A DNA stretch of 64,000 bases from NCBI GenBank assembly GCA_016177025.1, contig JACOWB010000008.1:14076-78075 (forward strand). Direction: 5' to 3'. A program made the translations under genes and the position numbers. This document shows positions 57,767-64,000 of the stretch, piece by piece; within the stretch, counting starts at the first letter, position 1, and each line of letters opens with the position of its first letter. The notes beneath the pieces are model-generated. The model saw only the letters and a program-made list of their open reading frames with translations, made no database searches and was not told where the DNA came from. This stretch comes from Candidatus Aenigmatarchaeota archaeon. GTDB taxonomy: Archaea > Aenigmatarchaeota > Aenigmatarchaeia > CG10238-14 > SCSR01.

Positions 57767-58879
57767 ATGCAACTAACTCAAGACTTGTTAAAAGTTTTAT
57801 TAAATTTTAGAAATTTCAACGAAGAGATTATCGAAATTCTACATAGAGCAATGCATAATGAATTAGAATTGGTTGGAAGAGCCGACTTGTTTCTACAATC
57901 AAATGCTTTTTTGAAAACTTTGATAATGTCAACTGCTATAAAATTAGGTATATTTGAGTATCTCTCTAATAAAAGTGCAACTTTGCAACAGATAGCTAAA
58001 GATTTGAAACTAAACAAAAAAGCTTTAGGAAGATTACTGTACGGATTGGAAGCACATACTTTCATCGAAAGAGAATATAAAAATAGAACACATTTTTATA
58101 GAAATTCTAAGCTTGTAGAAGCATTCTTGATTAAATCAAGTGAATATTATTTAGGTAATTATTTAGAATTAATTAATAAGACCTGGAATTATTGGTATCA
58201 GTTACCAGATGTGGTAAGATCGGGTAAACCAAATACTTCTATGGAACTTTTCCATGGTGAAAAGAATATAATATATCTATATTACGAAGTCGCAAACTCG
58301 ATAATGATACATTTAAGTAAACAACTTGTAGGCCAATTGAATTTATCAAATGTTAATCGTGTTATAACAGGAGAAGTAGGAATTACCTTTGTAAATGAGC
58401 TTCTGAATAAAAAGCCAGAAATAAGCTATGTAATAGCTGGTCTTGAAGATCATTTACCATTCATAGAAAAATTATTTGAGAGATTTACCTGCCAAAAAGG
58501 TCCAGAGGAGGTCATTACATCAAAAAAGGGAGAAGCATCCAAAGATAAATGGGGTAAGAAAGAAAAGTATGATTTAGTTTTCTTATATAGAAAATTAGCA
58601 TTCAAAAACTATGGATTAAATTACTTGAAAAAAGCTTATGAAGTACTCGATAAAGATGGATTTGTCATAGTTATAGAACCAACAACAGACTCTTTACAGC
58701 CTTCTATGTGGAACATTGCAGATATACAACTAATGGATTTAATGGTTGGTGGTGAGGAGGCGCCTCAAATATACTCCTCAGATAAAATACAGGAAATGCT
58801 AGAAGGTGTTGGGTTCAGAGATTGTAAGAAAGTTGAATGTATGGGTGGTATGGCAATTTTTGTTATTGGGTATAAATAA
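57767..58879 (+). CDS. O-methyltransferase-family (Methyltransf_2-like) protein with degenerate SAM motif
   Basis: N-terminal dimerisation/wHTH region typical of OMTs; C-terminal VIVIEP; weak G-rich motif (ITGEVGI). Confidence 0.4.
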   Translation: MQLTQDLLKVLLNFRNFNEEIIEILHRAMHNELELVGRADLFLQSNAFLKTLIMSTAIKLGIFEYLSNKSATLQQIAKDLKLNKKALGRLLYGLEAHTFIEREYKNRTHFYRNSKLVEAFLIKSSEYYLGNYLELINKTWNYWYQLPDVVRSGKPNTSMELFHGEKNIIYLYYEVANSIMIHLSKQLVGQLNLSNVNRVITGEVGITFVNELLNKKPEISYVIAGLEDHLPFIEKLFERFTCQKGPEEVITSKKGEASKDKWGKKEKYDLVFLYRKLAFKNYGLNYLKKAYEVLDKDGFVIVIEPTTDSLQPSMWNIADIQLMDLMVGGEEAPQIYSSDKIQEMLEGVGFRDCKKVECMGGMAIFVIGYK

Positions 58880-58921
58880 AACGAAAAAGTATTAAAATCT
58901 TGTGATTCCAAAGGATATAGT

Positions 58922-59344
58922 ATGATTTCGCCAAGAGAAGTTGACGCACAGAAATTCAACAGCATGCTAAAGGAAGAGCTGAAGAAGGTCAAGGAAATCT
59001 CTCCTCCTGCATGGAGCCAGTTTGTCAAGTCGGGTGCGCATAGGGAGAGAATACCCCAGCAAGACGATTTCTGGCATGTCAGAAGTGCTACCATTTTAAG
59101 AAGGTTGTATGTCGACGGGGATGTCGGTGTTGGGAGATTGAGGAGCTATTTTGGTGGTAAGAAAAGACGTGGACACAAACCAGCCCATTTTAGGAAGTCT
59201 TCCGGAAGCATAGTAAGAAAAATTATGCAACAATTAGAAACCGCTGGGTTTGTCGAAAAGAATACGAATAAAATCGGAAGAAAATTATCACCTGCTGGAA
59301 GGAAGCTTCTGGATAAAGTAGCGCATGAAGTGAGCAAACAATGA
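58922..59344 (+). CDS. rps19e: 30S ribosomal protein S19e (eS19)
   Basis: PAWSQFVKSGAHRERIPQQDDFWHVRSATILRRLY matches eS19. Confidence 0.85.
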   Translation: MISPREVDAQKFNSMLKEELKKVKEISPPAWSQFVKSGAHRERIPQQDDFWHVRSATILRRLYVDGDVGVGRLRSYFGGKKRRGHKPAHFRKSSGSIVRKIMQQLETAGFVEKNTNKIGRKLSPAGRKLLDKVAHEVSKQ

Positions 59345-59595
59345 ATGAAGAAGCCGAGCAGTTGCAACAAATGGAAATAATGAAGAAGGCTGTTTTGAAG
59401 AAAGTTCTAACAAAGGAAGCCACCGAAAGATTGGGAAGAATCAGGCTTGTAAAGCCTGAGATAGCGAACCAATTGGAATTATATCTCATGCAACTCTACC
59501 AATCTGGTAAAATAGGCGCAATGATTACAGACGAGCAATTAAAAACGATACTAGAACAGATAGCTACAAAACAGAAGTTCAGGATATTGAAGTGA
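59341..59595 (+). CDS. PDCD5/TFAR19-like dsDNA-binding protein (archaeal DUF296 family in the S19e operon)
   Basis: Conserved position after rps19e; helical 84-aa protein [26 protein letters not shown]. Confidence 0.65.
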   Translation: MNEEAEQLQQMEIMKKAVLKKVLTKEATERLGRIRLVKPEIANQLELYLMQLYQSGKIGAMITDEQLKTILEQIATKQKFRILK

Positions 59596-59599
59596 TTTT

Positions 59600-59827
59600 A
59601 TGGCGACAAAGAAAGTTGGTTCTGCCGGGAGATTTGGTCCGAGATACGGGAAGAAAGCACGTGATTTAGTCAGGGATATAGAGAAAATAGAGAAACAAAG
59701 GCATGTGTGCCCTAGATGCAGTTTGCCTTATGCAAAAAGATTATCCAAAGGAATCTTTAAGTGTGAAAAATGTGGTAATAAGTTCACTGGACAAGCATAT
59801 TTTCCAAGGGGTAGTGTGAGTGTATAA
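59600..59827 (+). CDS. rpl37ae: 50S ribosomal protein L37Ae (eL43)
   Basis: GRFGPRYG...CPRCS...CEKCG zinc ribbon. Confidence 0.85.
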   Translation: MATKKVGSAGRFGPRYGKKARDLVRDIEKIEKQRHVCPRCSLPYAKRLSKGIFKCEKCGNKFTGQAYFPRGSVSV

Positions 59828-59948
59828 GTGTATATCATGCAAGAAGACTGTAGCCAAACTTGAAGATAGGATAAGGTGTCCTTACTGTGGGCACAGGGTG
59901 TTTGTACTTGAAAGACCTGAAGTTGTGAAAAGAGTTCTGGCCAGATAA
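59820..59948 (+). CDS. rpoP: DNA-directed RNA polymerase subunit P (RpoP/Rpo12), 42 aa, GTG start overlapping rpl37ae stop; not in ORF track
   Basis: (M)YKCISCKK...[15 protein letters not shown] zinc ribbon, typical RpoP; conserved position after L37Ae. Confidence 0.6.
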   Translation: MYKCISCKKTVAKLEDRIRCPYCGHRVFVLERPEVVKRVLAR

Positions 59949-59980
59949 CTAATTTAAACTTTGTTCTGGAACAATAGTTC

Positions 59981-60205
59981 ATGCACGAGGCAACTTTAAT
60001 TCTAAAATGCTCAAGACCAGAATTAGTTAAGCAAAGCCTGGAGCCAGACATCAAGAATGACGAAACAGTAGAAACCGTCCTGAATGTCAAAAACGACGTT
60101 CTCGAAATAGTTATAAAAAGCAAGAAGTTGAACTATTTGAAAGCCGTCATTAATTCTTACATCTCGACGGTGAACATGCTGGAAGAGGTTGATAAAATTG
60201 GATGA
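59981..60205 (+). CDS. KEOPS subunit Pcc1-like protein
   Basis: 74-aa protein ATLILKCSRPELVKQSLEPD...VLEIVIKSKKLNYLKAVINSY with Pcc1-like beta-alpha pattern, located next to prefoldin beta. Confidence 0.45.
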   Translation: MHEATLILKCSRPELVKQSLEPDIKNDETVETVLNVKNDVLEIVIKSKKLNYLKAVINSYISTVNMLEEVDKIG

Positions 60206-60527
60206 CGAGCAGACAAGGGAAATGGTGGGGCAGTTCCAGACATACCAGCAGCAGCTACAGTCTGTATTGATACAGAAGGAAACCATGCAGCTGCAACTTA
60301 TGGAGATAAGCAAGGCGCTGGAAGAGCTTGATTCTACCAAGAATGAAAAAGCTTATAAAATCACCGGACAGATAATGGTAAGCAAGCCGGTTGAAGAACT
60401 GAAAAAGGACCTTGGGGAAACCAAAGAAGCAATTGAGGTAAGGATTAATTCCTTGGGAAAGACTGAAGAAAAGATAACGGCAAAACTAAAGGAAATGGAA
60501 GCAGAATTGAGAAAATTGGTGAAATAG
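60189..60527 (+). CDS. pfdB: prefoldin beta subunit
   Basis: Coiled-coil/beta-hairpin/coiled-coil, 112 aa, QQLQSVLIQKETMQLQL... Confidence 0.75.
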   Translation: MIKLDDEQTREMVGQFQTYQQQLQSVLIQKETMQLQLMEISKALEELDSTKNEKAYKITGQIMVSKPVEELKKDLGETKEAIEVRINSLGKTEEKITAKLKEMEAELRKLVK

Positions 60528-60800
60528 GTGTTGGATATGGAATTAGCAGAATTTGAACCTGTGATGAGAATATTGGATGAGATTATCAACGATAGGACTG
60601 TGCCGAAGAACATCCGGGCTGCGGCTGAAGAATCCAAGACGAATCTGAATAACAATGGCGACACGTGGGAACTGAGGATAAGCACTGCCATACATATCCT
60701 TGACGAGATAACTAACGACCCTAATATGCCTCTTTATGCTAGGACGAAGATTTGGAGTGTTGTCTCTGCTCTAGAACAGAAAAGAAGAGAATTGAGTTGA
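60528..60800 (+). CDS. UPF0147-like small helical protein
   Basis: 90 aa; ILDEIINDRTVPKNIRAAA...ILDEITNDPNMPLYARTKIWSV internal repeat typical of UPF0147. Confidence 0.4.
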   Translation: MLDMELAEFEPVMRILDEIINDRTVPKNIRAAAEESKTNLNNNGDTWELRISTAIHILDEITNDPNMPLYARTKIWSVVSALEQKRRELS

Positions 60801-60861
60801 ACCATATTTTTTTGACTAATCAGTTATTTAAATTTATAAACCGAATCTATATCAGATAACA

Positions 60862-61188
60862 ATGGCGCTTTTTGGCAAACCACCAGAACAGAATCCTGAA
60901 GATAGAATAGAACTCGATGAGAATGCTTTCAGAGAGGAAAGAAATTTTCAGGTGGCTGTCGAAAATCTGAAGGCTTATTCTGACGCCGAAAAGATACAGG
61001 AGATGGTAAGGGAAGGCAAGCTTGTCTTCCTGAGGATAAAGGAACTTAGAGAGGCTGACATCAACGAATTGAAGCGCGCGGTGGAAAGGCTGAAGAAGAC
61101 TATAAATGCGAGCGATGGGGACATCGTCGGTGTAGACGAGGATGTGCTGATTTGCTGCCCGCCCAATGCGAGAGTTTTCAGAGGTTAG
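60862..61188 (+). CDS. SepF-like (DUF552) protein
   Basis: VFLRIKELREADINELKRAVERLKKTINASDGDIVGVDEDVLICCPPNARV matches the SepF core pattern. Confidence 0.45.
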   Translation: MALFGKPPEQNPEDRIELDENAFREERNFQVAVENLKAYSDAEKIQEMVREGKLVFLRIKELREADINELKRAVERLKKTINASDGDIVGVDEDVLICCPPNARVFRG

Positions 61189-62632
61189 TTAATTTCCTTA
61201 TTTCTTCAATTAATTTATCTGTTTTGACTTTGATCTGCTTGGTAGTATCGCGATTTCTTAAAGTTACTGTGTCCTTTCTTAAAGTGTCCTCGTCCACAGT
61301 GACCGCCAGAAATGTACCGATTTCATCTTGTCTGTAATATCTTTTGCCTATGCTTCCCGTATCGTCATAGACTGTATCGAAACATTGTTTTAGTTCACTA
61401 TAAATTTTCTGCGCTTTCTCTGGAAGTTTGTCCTTGTTCACCAGAGGAAATACTGCGACTGTAAATGGTGATAAACCCGCAGGCAATTTAAGGATTATCC
61501 TGTCTTTGTCTTCCGCGTAATTCAATTCCAAAAGAGCATAAAAGATTCTATCTACACCAAATGATAGTTCTAATATATGCGGGATAAATCTTTTACCATC
61601 ATAAAATATTTCTTGCGATTGGTTTGAAATCTTCTGATGACCAGATAAATCATGGTCTGTTCTGTAGTGCACACCGCCGCATTCCTTGAAACCTATTCCT
61701 TCCAGTTCAATCTCGACATCAAAATGAATTTTGTTGTAGAATGCCTTTTCCTCGTCTGAAAGCTGGCGGAATCTGAATTTTGATTTTGGTATTTTCAGTG
61801 TATCCAAGAAGAATTGCTGAACTTTTGCAAGATGATAGACATAAAATTTCGGTAGTTTGAATTTTTTGGCAATATTTTCGCAACTAACTTCCGTTATTTT
61901 TTTCCCAGATAGAACCATGAGCTTGTATTTGGATATGCCCTTCCAGTCCTCATGTTCGTCTGTTTTTTTAGGGTCGAAAAATATTTGCAGTTCAGCCTGT
62001 GTGAATTCCCTTTGTCGCAGAAGCAATTGACGCGGTGATATCTCATTTCTGAATGCCTTGCCGACTATAGCCAATCCTAGAGGTAATCTCATTCGAAGTA
62101 TGTTAAAATGTCTTAGAAAATTCACATAAGCTCCCTGTGCTGTTTCTGGCCGTAAATATCCGCGTGATTCTTTGCCTGCTCCCATGTCGACAGGAAACAT
62201 CATGTTTAAGACAGAAACCTCTCCAAATTCTCCCTTGCATCTCGGACATTTCACATTATGTTTTTTGATTAATGCAGTCAACTCTTGTGCAGTTTTACCT
62301 TCGAAGTTTTCATGCAAAAATTCTTCCATTATTTGGTCGGCACGGTGGAAAGTACCGCATTTCATGCATTTTGCAACAGGATCTACAAAGTTAGTTATGT
62401 GTCCAGATGCTTCAAAAACTCTCTCCGGCATTATGTTTGCTGTTTCTATCTCGAAAAAATTCTCATTTAATCTCAAGAAATATCTTCTCCACGTATTCTC
62501 TAATTTTCTTTTAAGCATAGTCCCGATTGCACCGTAGTCATACAGCCCGGCTACGCCACCGTATATCTCGCTGCTTACAAAAAAGAATCCTCTCCTTTTC
62601 GCAAGTTCTACAACCTTTTCAGAAACTGTCAT
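61178..62632 (-). CDS. glyS: glycyl-tRNA synthetase (archaeal/eukaryotic-type class II)
   Basis: N-terminus RRGFFFVSSEIYGGVAGLYDYG; class II motifs; C-terminal anticodon-binding domain. Confidence 0.9.
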   Translation of the reverse strand: MTVSEKVVELAKRRGFFFVSSEIYGGVAGLYDYGAIGTMLKRKLENTWRRYFLRLNENFFEIETANIMPERVFEASGHITNFVDPVAKCMKCGTFHRADQIMEEFLHENFEGKTAQELTALIKKHNVKCPRCKGEFGEVSVLNMMFPVDMGAGKESRGYLRPETAQGAYVNFLRHFNILRMRLPLGLAIVGKAFRNEISPRQLLLRQREFTQAELQIFFDPKKTDEHEDWKGISKYKLMVLSGKKITEVSCENIAKKFKLPKFYVYHLAKVQQFFLDTLKIPKSKFRFRQLSDEEKAFYNKIHFDVEIELEGIGFKECGGVHYRTDHDLSGHQKISNQSQEIFYDGKRFIPHILELSFGVDRIFYALLELNYAEDKDRIILKLPAGLSPFTVAVFPLVNKDKLPEKAQKIYSELKQCFDTVYDDTGSIGKRYYRQDEIGTFLAVTVDEDTLRKDTVTLRNRDTTKQIKVKTDKLIEEIRKLTNL

Positions 62633-62656
62633 GATAAATCATTTGTTTTTCTAAAT

Positions 62657-63679
62657 TTATTTAACCCATCCGCTTAGGCTAGATTGCTTTGTTTTGCCAT
62701 AGCTTTCCTGGAGTTTATCAATAATTTTTTCCATCCTTTCCTGCGAGAAATCATGTTCGTCGACCATGAACTTGAGCAGTTTTTCTTTATCTGTCTCGTT
62801 TGGTTTCAGATTATAGTTATCCGTATAGGGCGGGTTCAAGAAAAAATTGAAAACTCTTTCTATGTCAATTTCGCCGGGAAATTCAACCGAAGTCAGCAAT
62901 TTGTCCAAAGTTTTGTGCTCCTTCACAAGTTTCAATGCAGTCTTCGGTCCAACGCCTTTCACGCCTTCATTATAATCAGTTCCTATCAGCAATCCGATCA
63001 TTATCAGCTGTTCTCTTGTCAGATTTAACGTTTTCAGAATGTTGTTTAGCTCGATTAACTGTGGTTTGACTTCTATGTATACTTCCTTGCCCGGCATTTT
63101 TTTCCTTCCGCTTATAGACAGATTTCTTACAAGTCGTGGCGAACCGAATAACAAACTATCTGCATCCTGCGAGCCTGTGGCAAACACCTCACCTTTTTTG
63201 CATACATAAGAACATTGAGCCTCACCCTCGGATGGTGCTTGTATCCAAGGAATGCCCATTAATTCCAAGATATTCTTTGAACTCTCCAGAATATCTTCAT
63301 CCATTTGCGAAGCGGCCTGCGCATACCTGATCGCCTTTTCGCCCTTCCTGACAGCATCCTCCCATTTTTTCCTTGCCTCCTCCCGCACTTTCTGCCTCTC
63401 TTCGATGGTTTTTTTCTTGAATTCCGGGTATTGCCCGTCAAAGACGAAAACTGGAGATATGCCTGCCTCTATTAAATTTGCAGTTCTGTAAAGCAAGCCT
63501 GAAAGATGGCTAGTAACATTGCCTGAATGGTCTTTCAAAGGCTCTCCTGTCATCCTGTCTCTGATGATTGAAAGGAATTGAAAAATCGTGTTGAACGCAT
63601 CTATAGCAATCTTCTTTCCAGACAAGTCTCTTAATTCAATTTCCTTGGAGAGAATGATGCTAGAAATCTGCACGCCCAT
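62657..63679 (-). CDS. fen: flap endonuclease FEN-1
   Basis: MGVQISSII...GKKIAIDAFNTIFQFLS...GxPxxDxxG...TSHL; start at MGVQ (track ORF extended to 63751). Confidence 0.85.
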   Translation of the reverse strand: MGVQISSIILSKEIELRDLSGKKIAIDAFNTIFQFLSIIRDRMTGEPLKDHSGNVTSHLSGLLYRTANLIEAGISPVFVFDGQYPEFKKKTIEERQKVREEARKKWEDAVRKGEKAIRYAQAASQMDEDILESSKNILELMGIPWIQAPSEGEAQCSYVCKKGEVFATGSQDADSLLFGSPRLVRNLSISGRKKMPGKEVYIEVKPQLIELNNILKTLNLTREQLIMIGLLIGTDYNEGVKGVGPKTALKLVKEHKTLDKLLTSVEFPGEIDIERVFNFFLNPPYTDNYNLKPNETDKEKLLKFMVDEHDFSQERMEKIIDKLQESYGKTKQSSLSGWVK

Positions 63680-63692
63680 AAATAATGTATGT

Positions 63693-63956
63693 CTACTCTT
63701 TCTTTTCTTCTTTAGCAAGCTCTTTTTGTATTTTGAAATTATCCCATTCAAGCCATACTACTAAGAGTCCGATAAGAACAATAAATGGTGGTAGTCCTCC
63801 ATTGACCAGTGTAATCAGGTCTGCAAGTGCCGGCCTGCTTGTAACAAAGCCCGCATCCTTCACAGGCTGGATATAGCCAGAACCTTGAACGATCCACCAA
63901 ACACCTACAACAATTAAAACCGCACCAACTATGATCTTAACTAATGAACCTGACAT
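63693..63956 (-). CDS. small membrane protein
   Basis: 87 aa, two hydrophobic helices, Lys/Glu-rich tail. Confidence 0.35.
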   Translation of the reverse strand: MSGSLVKIIVGAVLIVVGVWWIVQGSGYIQPVKDAGFVTSRPALADLITLVNGGLPPFIVLIGLLVVWLEWDNFKIQKELAKEEKKE

Positions 63957-64000
63957 TTTATCTAAGATATTTAATGGGTGGAAAGAAATATAAACCTTAT

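Noticed and set aside
62657-63751. N-terminally extended starts of FEN1 (63751), NrdR (49065), M48 protease (33122), DUF59 (15219) and the 14344-15120 ORF
   Set aside because: Family-typical N-termini (MGVQ..., MNCPYC..., signal peptides) begin at internal Met codons, and the extensions overlap neighbouring genes. I therefore chose shorter gene models where the evidence was clear.
1-64000. Search for CRISPR arrays, rRNA genes, IS elements, integrases and other tRNAs
   Set aside because: No periodic direct repeats, no rRNA-like conserved blocks, no DDE or tyrosine-recombinase motifs and no further cloverleaf candidates were found by eye.

Overview
This is an AT-rich archaeal chromosomal segment. 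The archaeal call rests on eS19, eL43, RpoP, Nop10, aIF2-alpha, Rpp21, Pcc1, prefoldin, FEN1, a eukaryote-type GlyRS, class III (pilin-type) signal peptides and two intron-containing tRNA-Pro genes. Genes are densely packed and mostly form co-directional operons.

The left quarter (about 3.6-19 kb) is an accessory-looking metal/thiol-redox island. It carries:
- a DsbA-like protein;
- two membrane proteins sharing an intramembrane GxCPxCxG motif;
- an ArsR-type regulator next to a merA-like mercuric reductase that is disrupted by an internal deletion and a frameshift;
- three paralogous membrane-anchored His-rich (HxH...HxHxD...LGNFF) extracytoplasmic domain proteins, each paired with a cytoplasmic TRASH/YHS/C2H2-type Cys element;
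- a CopM-like YHS micro-ORF, a CopA P1B-ATPase and a Met-rich secreted protein;
- a CcdA/DsbD-family membrane protein, a tandem-thioredoxin protein and a DUF59 Fe-S protein.

The island is bracketed by diverged direct repeats of a CARF-like/wHTH regulator gene. The right copy is intact; the left copy is a 49-codon N/C-fusion remnant.

The rest of the window is mostly core metabolism and information processing:
- an ALDH;
- an OTC-family carbamoyltransferase, a carbamate kinase and a P-loop protein in one cluster;
- an aminotransferase, TrxB/Trx, GDH, ADP-forming acetyl-CoA synthetase alpha and beta subunits;
- a 2-oxoacid dehydrogenase E1-alpha/E1-beta/E2 set with LplA;
- class II RNR with NrdR, plus two stand-alone ATP-cone proteins;
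- ribosomal proteins, translation factors, GlyRS and FEN1.

Unusual items:
- archaeal pilin-like proteins fused to fibrinogen-like and LamG domains, one of them frameshifted;
- a GreA/GreB C-terminal-domain protein in an archaeal context;
- several Cys-rich micro-ORFs missed by the ORF track.

No CRISPR array, integrase or transposase was recognised.
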